DNA of 64,000 bases from an uncultured archaeon (GCA_964558645.1 CAZLEV010000014.1:1-64000); one strand, 5' to 3'. Positions 53,071 through 62,289 are shown, counted from the stretch's first letter. The notes: generated from the letters alone by a model not told the origin. Translations and numbers: made by a program.

Positions 53071-53121
53071 TGAAGAAAGAAAAAAGAGAGGAGAACTCGA
53101 ACCCCTGAGATGGGGCTCGAG
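53071..53121 (-). terminator. Hairpin plus pyrimidine tract
   Basis: Minus strand CTCGAGCCCC-ATCTCA-GGGGTTCGAG (one G.U pair), then TTCTCCTCTCTTTTTTCTTTCTT. Confidence 0.7.
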
Positions 53122-53135
53122 CACAGAATGTGAAA

Positions 53136-53936
53136 CTATCTACGCTTGATGACCCAGAAGATTGCCACAACCGCCACAATGCCGATTGCGAGCAACAGAA
53201 GTCCACCACCGTCACCAGGAACTAGAGAACCTTCTGCCAGATTCGTGTACGCCACGTACACAGGATCCTGTTGAACTCTCAGACCGTTCCAGTCCGGAAA
53301 GGTCACCGAGTACCACCATTGACTGCTATGGAATGCAGTCTGTGCGTTGGTAACAAGATGCTGTGGACTATTGTAGGTATTCCTGACCTGAGCAGATAGG
53401 CCATAGGCCATGTGAGCGAAGAGGAATGCAGACAGGGGTGCTTGCCATGCTATGAGCAGGAAGTCCCCAGGATTCGTAGCCAGCAGAGCATTCAGAGCAT
53501 TGACTCCCTGCAAGACTGTGATTCCGCTTGTTTCGTTTATCAGGTCGTATTCTCTACCTAGACCGATGTCGAAGGCACGCTCCTGATCATCACCAATCGT
53601 TATGGTCAGGTTGTCATCCAGCAATTCCGTGCTGGTCGGAGGAGTAATCTTGTTTCCACTTGAGCTGCGGGTCACGTTGTAGTTGCTCTCAAAGGTCGAG
53701 AGATAGTGAACCGCACTTATCGCCATGCTCTCGCTAATGACCTCCGAGGGGTCCTTGTCCTGAAAACCCATCCGAACGCGATTTACCTGTCCTATGGTAT
53801 AGACGGTCTCAGCGTGTACCTCGCCCGTTGTCTGATCAATCTGGATGTCATATTCAATGACTATCTCGCTGAACAGCACAGTCATGAACGGGAACAGAAG
53901 GCTGAGCCAGAAGCCACCCTGGGCTGAAACAACCGT
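53136..53936 (-). pseudogene. 3' fragment of a C-terminally anchored surface protein gene, truncated by the TnpB-like element
   Basis: The frame stays open upstream of ATG 53885 (TVVSAQGGFWLSLLFPF) until TGA at 53937-53939 inside the tnpB 3' flank. It has a C-terminal TM plus KRR, but no signal peptide and no room for a promoter. Confidence 0.7.
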
Positions 53937-54040
53937 TCATTGTAAGTTGGACAAGCTTGGACATCAAGCAGTCCGTCCAGGAGCGGCACTGGACTGGTGA
54001 TTGTGCACGTGAATGATGTTTCGTGCCGCATTCACATCGG
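53935..54040 (-). ncRNA. Putative omega/reRNA scaffold and element right end overlapping the tnpB 3' end
   Basis: Minus-strand stems GTGAATG/CATTCAC, GTCCAG/CTGGAC and CAGTCC/GGACTG, tandem TGTCCAA, ending TTACAATGAAC where the host frame resumes. The position matches known TnpB guide-RNA loci; the 5' boundary is unknown. Confidence 0.5.
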
Positions 54041-56123
54041 CATGGAAGTGCTCCTCACACCTCCCACAGTAGAAGTACTCCCCACCCCTTCTCTCCCTCG
54101 TGGAACTCTCATGCTCCACCCGGACTCCCCGCCCCCCACAGACATGGCAGGTCTGAGAGGTCCACGCCGGGCTCACCGTCCAGATCCCACCGTAGCGGTG
54201 GCCCAGAGTCTGCCGCATGTACCGTATGGTGTCCAGCACCTTGGACCAGAGATTGTTCGATAGCCGCCACGAGTGAGTGCCATAGCCCCTGGGCGGCTGG
54301 TAGTTTTTGAGGTTCTCCAGATACAGGGTCTTGACCCCGTGGCGCTCACAGAACCAGACGGCCTCTGACGCAATCTGTCGGGCTATCTCCCTGTCCAGCC
54401 TGCGAATCTTGCGCCAGATGGCTGCAAGACGACGCTCCTTCTTCCTCAGATGCCCGGGCCTTGGACAGTCCTCCCCGTGCTTCTTCTCCCAGTTGTTCCG
54501 CATCAAGGCCACTCTCGATGACAACTGCCGGGTCTGCTGTCGGAGAAGATCCCTCTTCTCGACCAGCCCTTCAAGAGAGATGAGCTCATCGACATACTCT
54601 TCCTCACCATCTCTCACCGAGAGCACGATAGGCACACGGATTCCTCGGTCGGCACCGGCTCTCCTGTTGTAGTGCCGTTCACCCAGGACCGCATCTACCA
54701 TCTCTCGAGTTGGCGGGAGGAAGGGGATCTGGAGTTCTACTCTGTGCTCACGAAGCAAGAGGCGAGGTGGGCCGCAGGTTCTGGACTTCCTGAGCTGCTG
54801 CACCTTCTCCTTCAGTTGTGCAAGCTGCTCAGGGTCCGCATCCTTTCGGTTTCTCCACTTCGCCAACTGGTAGGTAGTATGCTGGAGTTCGATGGTGTTC
54901 ATGAGCTGTTCGTGTTGATCCTCGAACCGCACGGCCCGGAATCGCAGCTTCTTGGCTCGCAGGTGCTTCCCAGCTCGCTCTGCCTCATCGCCCTTCATCC
55001 GGTCCTTGACGGCAGCCCGTGGGAGCCAGTCCAGAAACCTGAGGCCAAGGGTTCTGACTCGGAAGGGCGAGGCATCATGCTCCGCTCCCTCCATCGCCTC
55101 TGGCAGCTTCAGGAAGAACAGCACCTCGTTCTCCTTCTCCAAGTCCTGTGAGTACCAGTAGCCCTGACCGGGAGAGTTCTCGGTGCTTGCTGAGAAGTCC
55201 TCGGTGTGGGAGTACATCCTCGGGACCTTGAAGGGATAGCCCTCCGTGGTGAACTGATGAAGGAGGGCCTGAACGGAAGCCATGGCCTCTGAGCACTCCT
55301 TGTTATCTTTGACGTACCGTCGAACACGGCGCCGCTGCGATGGTCTGGAACCAAGGGGCTCTCCGCGTTCGCTCAGGATGTGCTCATCGAGAGCTCGACG
55401 AAGCTGCTTCAGAACAGAGAGGGCGTAGTAGTAGCCTGAACCATTGTTCTTCGTGCTCTCGCATCTGGAGCGCAGATCTTTTACCATGTCCGAGGGGATG
55501 TATTTGTTCTTCAGTAATCGCAGAAGAGTATCCTGTTCCTCATTGAGAAGTCCGATAGCTGTCTTCATGAGCTGACGCCGTAGCCAGTTGGACTGGATGA
55601 TCCGAGCCGCCTGCTCCAGGACGTTCCGGTAGAGTCTCTCGAAGCACTGCTTGCTGATATCGGGATTGTCCTTGTATGCAAGATACTCCTCCTTCTTCAA
55701 CAGGACATATCCCTGTCCTCGATAGGAGTTCAGCTCGTCTCCAAGGAAGTCAATCCGTTCACGGGAAGCATACACACGCTCGAGAACGAGATTCACGAGC
55801 TCTACATACTTCTCGAAGTATCGACCCAGAAGAGAGAGGTCCACATCCCTGACCTTTCGCCCGGTAGCCGCCTCGATATCTTTTCGTACAGGTTCAGGAC
55901 TCCAGCGGCGAAATCGAGGATCGGGTCGCTTCCCTTTCCCCTTCGTGTTCACCTCTCTATCTACCGAGCAGAGGGTGAACGACTGTACCAGATACTTCAG
56001 TCCCGTATTCTGATGCGCGGTTGATGGAAACAATATAAGTTTGCCATCCATTGTGAGATGCTTCTGGGAATCATCAGACTCCTCTTGCTTCCGGGGACGG
56101 CGCCGGACTACCTTGGTCATCAA
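53964..56123 (-). CDS. tnpB: Large TnpB/Cas12-like RNA-guided endonuclease (719 aa)
   Basis: RuvC-I AGADRG, bridge-helix-like WRKIRRLDREIARQIA, RuvC-II LYLENL, VSPAWTSQTCHVCG...YFYCGRC zinc finger, RuvC-III HADVNAARNI. All three catalytic residues are present. Confidence 0.92.
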   Translation of the reverse strand: MMTKVVRRRPRKQEESDDSQKHLTMDGKLILFPSTAHQNTGLKYLVQSFTLCSVDREVNTKGKGKRPDPRFRRWSPEPVRKDIEAATGRKVRDVDLSLLGRYFEKYVELVNLVLERVYASRERIDFLGDELNSYRGQGYVLLKKEEYLAYKDNPDISKQCFERLYRNVLEQAARIIQSNWLRRQLMKTAIGLLNEEQDTLLRLLKNKYIPSDMVKDLRSRCESTKNNGSGYYYALSVLKQLRRALDEHILSERGEPLGSRPSQRRRVRRYVKDNKECSEAMASVQALLHQFTTEGYPFKVPRMYSHTEDFSASTENSPGQGYWYSQDLEKENEVLFFLKLPEAMEGAEHDASPFRVRTLGLRFLDWLPRAAVKDRMKGDEAERAGKHLRAKKLRFRAVRFEDQHEQLMNTIELQHTTYQLAKWRNRKDADPEQLAQLKEKVQQLRKSRTCGPPRLLLREHRVELQIPFLPPTREMVDAVLGERHYNRRAGADRGIRVPIVLSVRDGEEEYVDELISLEGLVEKRDLLRQQTRQLSSRVALMRNNWEKKHGEDCPRPGHLRKKERRLAAIWRKIRRLDREIARQIASEAVWFCERHGVKTLYLENLKNYQPPRGYGTHSWRLSNNLWSKVLDTIRYMRQTLGHRYGGIWTVSPAWTSQTCHVCGGRGVRVEHESSTRERRGGEYFYCGRCEEHFHADVNAARNIIHVHNHQSSAAPGRTA

Positions 56124-56314
56124 TCGTGCACCTCTCTTCTGTCTGGGTCTGATAATATAATCTCATGAACCAATATAAGTTTATCAAGACGAAAAGGCAA
56201 TTAGAGCATTATGAAGCCTATTTCGCTTCTATAAGGCTCTCATAACTCTTTTCTTTTCTCTGTTTGGTCACAGTCTATTTATAAGTAACTTTGACTTTAG
56301 ACTCTAGAAGTATC
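56124..56314. promoter_or_regulatory. AT-rich divergent promoter region with a long imperfect inverted repeat
   Basis: TTTATAAG at 56278-56285, about 30 bp before ATG 56315. TTATA-type boxes on the minus strand near 56152-56178. Inverted repeat at 56203-56240. Confidence 0.55.
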
Positions 56315-59300
56315 ATGGGACGCAGACCGAGATTGCTTCGCCCGAATGCTGTGCTAGCGAGAGCGAAGCATGCTGGTCTCATGGCCCTTGTCAACCTCCT
56401 TGGCCCTAGAGCCAGTGGCGACCTCGTGAAGTACTACCGTTCAACAACAAAGATGTGGGATGCCGTTCGATCTGCTCTTCGGGCTCAGGGCGGAGAGCGA
56501 GAGGACTACCTGGTTCTTAACGACACGGAGCCAAACATGCGGAAGTCCTTTCTCCAGTTCCTGTGGCACAGCACTGTACCCTACGGCAACAAGGAGTTCA
56601 AACGGGTCTACGACTGGACTGAGGGTACGGTGGGGCCGCTCAATGTCCTCTTGAACTACGCGGGAGCACGACTAAGGGACCTGGCAATGACGCGGTATCC
56701 CTTTCCTGAACCACGGGTCTTCCAGATAGCAAGGTTCCCGGATGGCACGGTGAGGGTCTATTCTCTAGCCCTCGTCAACCGGCTGAAGGCAAAGGGTCTG
56801 TACCCACCAAGTGACTTCGGCAAGAACACCGAAACCTCCTGGAAGGCGGGCTACAGCGGGACAACAAAGACTCCACAGGTCTACCTTGCGCACCCCACTC
56901 TCCCAAGCCTTGATTTTGTCGATATGATACGCGCCCACGTTGTCGAGCTCTGCAGACAGTGCTTCATCTACAGTGTTCCTCGCACTGAGGCCCACCGCTA
57001 CATCCGACTCCTGGTCTACCGGCTGCGACCCTTCCTCGACTGGGTCTACACTGAGAGGGCCACAGGCCGACCCAACTTCAACCGGGATGCCAACAGGGAA
57101 CTCCGAGAGATCGTACTGGAGATCAGAGCGTTGTACGGACTTCATGCCGGGCAGAGACAGTCGATCACTCGGTCCCTAGATATACCATCGCCAATCACTC
57201 TTGGGGATATCCGTAAGGCGGTAAAATGTCTCCCGCAAAAGACGGTGGATGAGGGCGAGATGACACTCTATCAGAGCATGAAGGACCAGATCGATGCCGG
57301 GACTGTGGTGGAACGGGATGCCGACAAGCTCACTGACCAGCTCTCCTCATCGACTTCACAGGAGGGCAACCGCTGGCACAGGATCCTCCTCTCGGGCTTC
57401 CACCACCCTGCCTCACTGAAGCAGGTGGTCTTTGCCGGGGACACCATGTTGGACCAGCCCTCCTCCGTCTTGGCTGTCGCAGAGCTTCCCGTAGACTCAC
57501 GACGGGGACAGGCTGACCTCGTGTTCTTCCTCCGCCGAGAGCTCGAGAAGCGGACCATCTGGACACCGATCATGATTCTTGAGGTCAAGACCAAGAGTGC
57601 CTTCGATATCAACCTCTACGGTGTTGAGGTGGGGAGCAGAGAGGAGAACGAGTATGCGCCCGCCTTCTTTGCGTGGAAGAGGGCACTCACAGGGGGCGAG
57701 TGGAATGCATTGCTCACATCACCGCCGAAGAAGAGCACAAAAGGTCAGCTCGATGCGTACGAACAGGCCATCATCAGGGAGTACAAGCGCACGGCGGACT
57801 TCGACCCGACACCGCCCACCTCTCTCTGGAAGGGGGTCATCGTCCTGGATGCTGACCAGATTCCCATTGATGCATACTCAGCATTTCAGACTCTCATCGA
57901 AAACCTGCTGGTGGAACTGACAGGTGACACTTTCCAGGCCCCACCAAAGACTATCTCACAGGTGCTTGATACAGACAGTATCTTGCCTTCTCCCCGGGTG
58001 GCGCTGCTCCTTCTGCCAGACGCAGGCCCTGATAGAATCCTCTCTCAGAGAGCCCCTCCGGCAGAGTTGGTCTCCGAGGACCCCTTTGCGGATCGCATTA
58101 CAGACGACCGCATACTCACAGTCTACGTGTCCGTTCCCTCCCCGACATCATCAGGTAAGACGTCCGCATGGCAGTCGTCCAACTGGCACCTTCTCCACCA
58201 CATCAGAGAGTGCAGAGAGGCCTCATCGCAAGAGATAGGTGTGTTCTGGCTGGATCTCATGGGGGACTACCAGACGGCTCAGCTGGCCAATCTACGGTTT
58301 GGACTTGACAGACTCCTTGCCGAGAGGAAGATATCCCGGCAGGAACACGGCGAGCTGGTCGCCGAGGTGGAGGATATCTCCTTCGTTGACCTTCATGTTC
58401 ACACAGAGAAACTCCTGCGGGGCGAGAACGATTCCATAGAGGGCATGCTAACCACTATCTGCAATGCTGTTGAAACCGAGGTCGAGAAGATCATCATCAT
58501 CGATGGGTGGGACGAACTGAGTAAGATGGTTCCCAATCATTCTCGTCATCTCCTACGCGCCCTGGAAGTGCAGCTACTGGATACGCTCCCCTCGACAGAC
58601 ACGAACATCATCTGGATCGATACCGGGACCGAGGACACCCTGACCTCCGCAGACTGTCAGCGAGGATGCATCAAACCTCTCCGCCATGACTCTCCCCGCA
58701 GGACGCACCTCGACGAGGTGATCTATAACCTCCCGTCCCCTCCGCGCGTCTTCGGCAACCTGTCCCCCTGGCGTGAGGACATACGAGTCATTGTTCAGGA
58801 CACCCCCACATCGGCACCCCCATGGAGAACCACCATCCACGTCCCTCACCTTTTGGGTGCAGCAGAGCGATTCCGGGGGGCCTCCTCGAGGCATGGTTCA
58901 CTCTCACAGGATGATGTGGCAAGGTTGGAGGTGAACGACTCCAGGATGTACGCGCGGAACATCAACCTCTCCTCCATCCAGTCCGGGCTGGGGAACCTAA
59001 CCATGGACACGCTCGACAACGTCATGGAACAGTCCTGCAGTCTGGTTCCGAGTCTATGCCGTGCGAGAGACGGCCAAGAACAGCAGCCGCAGGAGGCACT
59101 GGAGATTCCGCAGATACTGGTGCAGGGTATCAGCTCTGCCAGGGCAAGTACCCAGCGGCAACGCCTCCGGTTCCAACCGGCTCGACCGCCTCCAGACCCC
59201 GTACGCTCTAAGGACAGGTATGTGGAGTCTGGGAAGATCACACGGCGGTGGTTCTATGAACGGAACCCCACACCCCGGCCTGAGATACCTGCCCGGCCTC

Positions 59301-61939
59301 GTAGCCTCTGTCGCCCACCAGTTCCTTCTGAATTGGATGCTGTGACTCTTGACAGCTGTAGCACACGGAGATGGGAACTCAAGCGTTTCCTCACAACTGC
59401 AAGATACTTGGCAGCACGACCCCTAGGCAGGACCCTCAAGGGTGTCTGCGAGGAGATTGCCGACCTCTGTCAGGATGTCCTCTCAGACTCTGAAGACACT
59501 GGGGATGGCGATGCCTACTTGGATACCCTGTCCTTGGTCCGAGATATCATCCTCTCAGAAACATCCCTATCTCCGGTCTGGGAGAGACTCCGACCCGGAC
59601 GGGAGCAGCTTCTCGATCTCCTGAACTCTGACAACAGGAAACATCTGGAGACCATCACAAAAGAGATTCCGGATGCTCTTCTTCTCTATGGAAACAACCT
59701 GTTCCTCATGGTCTGCGCGGCTGCGCAGGAGGAGAACTCTTGTCACTACGAAACGCTGTGGGCAGCGCTGGCTGAGTGGACGCTCTACCAGATGGGACTA
59801 CGGTCCAAGGACAGTGCCTTCAAATCGAAGTATGACCTCTATTCCATCTACCGGACCCTCCGGTCCCGCGCACGGACTCTATCTGACCGGAACATTCCGG
59901 AGACCTCCCTCTCACAGGCATCCACTGGCCAGATCATCTGGTGGGAGGAAGGAGATAGCAGCAAAGGCCTCTTGGTGTTTCCTGACCAGCGGGGAGAGAT
60001 GGTCTCAGGCCTGGTCACCACCGGGGCCGATGCGTCTCTCCGACCGACGTGGTATCGATGTGATATGCATCCAGGCTCACTGAGGGAGTACTCAAGGAGT
60101 ACTCTAAGCTCGGAGGAACGGACTACCATCATGCTTTCGGATGTGGCTGAGCACAGGATACTTTGGCTGCCTACTGATGATGATGAGTGGTGGCCGTACC
60201 TCCTCACCCACGGATGCCCCGACAAGAACCAGCGGACCATTCCCTGGCTGAAACTCACTGATCCCTTCACGGTCCCCGATATCACCCAGAGTCTGCTCAT
60301 CCCGCCAACACCAGACAGTGACCCCGGTCAGGCCGTGGACCAGTATCTTCGCGAGCTTGGCCAGCTGGAGAGACCCGTCACGCCTGTCAAGCTGGAGGTC
60401 TCTGTGGATCCTCGTCGAGGGGTGTATGTGGTCCAGTTCACGGGGGATGGCATCTCTGTGGAGGAGGAGTTCAGCGACACTGATGAGCTGGTGGGGGTCC
60501 TCCGCTATCCCATCCGAAGAGGGGTTGGATACGACACTGCTGCCGGGGCGGTCACGTGGGACCACAAAGAGGACATCACGTACACGGATGACTCCCTGAC
60601 CTGCCTCATCCCGCTGGTCTTGAAGAGCAGGTTTCTCCCTGACCACTACTCCTATCCAGAGAGCTGCGCTGAGTTGTTGGCCGCATCGGCGGGCGGGGAT
60701 GTGACGCTGACGATATGGACTGAGAGGAGTGGAAGCGGGTTTCGGCTGCAGCTTCAGGGACTGGAGGATGACTCACCCCTCAGATCCCTCGAAGAGGCCT
60801 CTCCCTCTCTGTACGAGGTGGGGCTCCTTGCCGAGTGCGAACAGCTCATCGACACAAAAAACCGGCTTCGCCACGAGGTGGAGCTGGACGTGTCAGGCCA
60901 CTTGGACCTCAGTGCGTCACAGGTGGAACGGTATCCTGCCCTCTCTCATGCACTGGCAGAGGTGGATCGGGATGCCTTCGACTGGAGTCGTGGCTCGTGG
61001 GGTGTCCGGTGGAGCTATGTCTCACGCGAAGACCGGCTGACGTGGAGCATCGTGGAACTCTCCTCTCGGCGAGCATGGCTGGACCAGACCTATACGTTTC
61101 AGCCTGATCCTAGTTCCAGCGTTGATACCGTCCTCGAGGCGTTCAAGCAAGACGTCGCCGCTGTGGTGCCTCTCGGACATCTTGATGGGTTGGAGGACTC
61201 AATGGCAGAGCTCAGGGATGAGCTGGAGAGTCATGGCTGGAGGGACACACCTCCGACGTACGTAGGCGAGGTCCAGCACGGAGTGGAGGAGTATACCCTG
61301 GTCATCAGCAGGGTGGAGAGGGATGGCTCATTGAAGCGGGTGGAGGCCATCAGTCTCACCGCTGAGCGGGTAGAGGAACTCCTTGAGGTACTTGACCACG
61401 AGGGTTTCGAGGCCTGGCCGTACTCTCTTGAGAATCAGGGGGAGATACGGGAGGCGCTCAAGGCAATCCATGAGGGAGTGGATCTCTCTGACGTGGCCGT
61501 AAATGAGGACGATGTACTCGCGAGGGAGTACGAAGAAGTCATCACAGAATATAGAGAGGAGGTTCTAGAGGCGCCTGAGGAACTGAAGTATCTAGCAAAG
61601 ACGTTGGTCTACTACGCTCAGCTTTGCGCTGAGAGGGGGCAACCGGTGGAGGCGCTGCAGCTCGTAGAGGAAGGGATCGGTCTGCTCAGGGAGGAAGACC
61701 TGAGCGACATCATCGTCCTTCAGGCTCTTGCGAGAGGACTCATCCTCAGGTCCCACTGCCTCCTTCATCTTGATATCGAGAAACGAAACGAAGTCAAGAG
61801 AGATATGGAGGAGTCGAGAGGGCTCTTGACAGAGCTTCGAAGACGTGGAGAGAAGATCACTGCAGACACCCTGGCAACCAAGATGCGAGCCATTGAGCCA
61901 CAGATTCATGATGATTCAGACGGAATAGACGGACGTTGA
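56315..61939 (+). CDS. Giant (~1875 aa) protein with RecB-type PD-(D/E)XK nuclease, P-loop-like and C-terminal TPR-like regions
   Basis: AELPV...GQADLV...ILEVKT...GQLDAY; SPTSSGKT...WLDLMGDY...IIIIDGWDE; C-terminal LAKTLVYYAQL...ALQLVEEGIGLL helices. ORF track start is 56291 (TTG); ATG 56315 is preferred. Confidence 0.8.
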   Translation: MGRRPRLLRPNAVLARAKHAGLMALVNLLGPRASGDLVKYYRSTTKMWDAVRSALRAQGGEREDYLVLNDTEPNMRKSFLQFLWHSTVPYGNKEFKRVYDWTEGTVGPLNVLLNYAGARLRDLAMTRYPFPEPRVFQIARFPDGTVRVYSLALVNRLKAKGLYPPSDFGKNTETSWKAGYSGTTKTPQVYLAHPTLPSLDFVDMIRAHVVELCRQCFIYSVPRTEAHRYIRLLVYRLRPFLDWVYTERATGRPNFNRDANRELREIVLEIRALYGLHAGQRQSITRSLDIPSPITLGDIRKAVKCLPQKTVDEGEMTLYQSMKDQIDAGTVVERDADKLTDQLSSSTSQEGNRWHRILLSGFHHPASLKQVVFAGDTMLDQPSSVLAVAELPVDSRRGQADLVFFLRRELEKRTIWTPIMILEVKTKSAFDINLYGVEVGSREENEYAPAFFAWKRALTGGEWNALLTSPPKKSTKGQLDAYEQAIIREYKRTADFDPTPPTSLWKGVIVLDADQIPIDAYSAFQTLIENLLVELTGDTFQAPPKTISQVLDTDSILPSPRVALLLLPDAGPDRILSQRAPPAELVSEDPFADRITDDRILTVYVSVPSPTSSGKTSAWQSSNWHLLHHIRECREASSQEIGVFWLDLMGDYQTAQLANLRFGLDRLLAERKISRQEHGELVAEVEDISFVDLHVHTEKLLRGENDSIEGMLTTICNAVETEVEKIIIIDGWDELSKMVPNHSRHLLRALEVQLLDTLPSTDTNIIWIDTGTEDTLTSADCQRGCIKPLRHDSPRRTHLDEVIYNLPSPPRVFGNLSPWREDIRVIVQDTPTSAPPWRTTIHVPHLLGAAERFRGASSRHGSLSQDDVARLEVNDSRMYARNINLSSIQSGLGNLTMDTLDNVMEQSCSLVPSLCRARDGQEQQPQEALEIPQILVQGISSARASTQRQRLRFQPARPPPDPVRSKDRYVESGKITRRWFYERNPTPRPEIPARPRSLCRPPVPSELDAVTLDSCSTRRWELKRFLTTARYLAARPLGRTLKGVCEEIADLCQDVLSDSEDTGDGDAYLDTLSLVRDIILSETSLSPVWERLRPGREQLLDLLNSDNRKHLETITKEIPDALLLYGNNLFLMVCAAAQEENSCHYETLWAALAEWTLYQMGLRSKDSAFKSKYDLYSIYRTLRSRARTLSDRNIPETSLSQASTGQIIWWEEGDSSKGLLVFPDQRGEMVSGLVTTGADASLRPTWYRCDMHPGSLREYSRSTLSSEERTTIMLSDVAEHRILWLPTDDDEWWPYLLTHGCPDKNQRTIPWLKLTDPFTVPDITQSLLIPPTPDSDPGQAVDQYLRELGQLERPVTPVKLEVSVDPRRGVYVVQFTGDGISVEEEFSDTDELVGVLRYPIRRGVGYDTAAGAVTWDHKEDITYTDDSLTCLIPLVLKSRFLPDHYSYPESCAELLAASAGGDVTLTIWTERSGSGFRLQLQGLEDDSPLRSLEEASPSLYEVGLLAECEQLIDTKNRLRHEVELDVSGHLDLSASQVERYPALSHALAEVDRDAFDWSRGSWGVRWSYVSREDRLTWSIVELSSRRAWLDQTYTFQPDPSSSVDTVLEAFKQDVAAVVPLGHLDGLEDSMAELRDELESHGWRDTPPTYVGEVQHGVEEYTLVISRVERDGSLKRVEAISLTAERVEELLEVLDHEGFEAWPYSLENQGEIREALKAIHEGVDLSDVAVNEDDVLAREYEEVITEYREEVLEAPEELKYLAKTLVYYAQLCAERGQPVEALQLVEEGIGLLREEDLSDIIVLQALARGLILRSHCLLHLDIEKRNEVKRDMEESRGLLTELRRRGEKITADTLATKMRAIEPQIHDDSDGIDGR

Positions 61940-61948
61940 GAATATTCC

Positions 61949-62191
61949 TCATCCAAGAGTCTTACTTGCACCCAGTTCAATGGTGCGGGCTATCTGCAAG
62001 CGGTTCTTGTGAATGGCCGTGGTGATGCGGTAAAGCGACACGATGAGGCTGTTGGTCTTGTACGTCTCGTAGAATCTCTCCTTTTGCTCGCGGAGCAGGT
62101 GAGCCGCTTCAGGGAATTGGTATTCCTCTCCGGTGGTCGATACCAGCTCGACGAGCGCATCAGCAATCTGTTGGTCGATGGACGAGTCCAT
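61949..62191 (-). CDS. Small helical hypothetical protein
   Basis: 80-aa ATG ORF preceded by GAGGA, filling the gap between larger genes. Confidence 0.5.
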   Translation of the reverse strand: MDSSIDQQIADALVELVSTTGEEYQFPEAAHLLREQKERFYETYKTNSLIVSLYRITTAIHKNRLQIARTIELGASKTLG

Positions 62192-62289
62192 GATACAGCC
62201 ATCCTCTCAGACTCCTGCACTGGCCTATATAGACTGCGCCATTAGAAGGCGATATCGTTTTGAGTTCGCTCTTTCAATTGATGGGTATC

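Noticed and set aside
53090-53125. tRNA fragment or att site (GGGGTTCGAG on the minus strand)
   Set aside because: Explained by a terminator-like hairpin after the stop at 53136; no cloverleaf.
53884-53940. 8-bp inverted repeat ATGAACGG/CCGTTCAT as element terminal repeats
   Set aside because: The inner copy and the enclosed sequence read as natural coding sequence of the truncated host gene, so this is probably chance. It could still affect guide folding.
53964-56123. Type V CRISPR-Cas locus
   Set aside because: No array or adaptation genes flank the RuvC gene in this window, and the 3' end abuts an interrupted gene as expected for TnpB. A trans-acting array elsewhere cannot be excluded.
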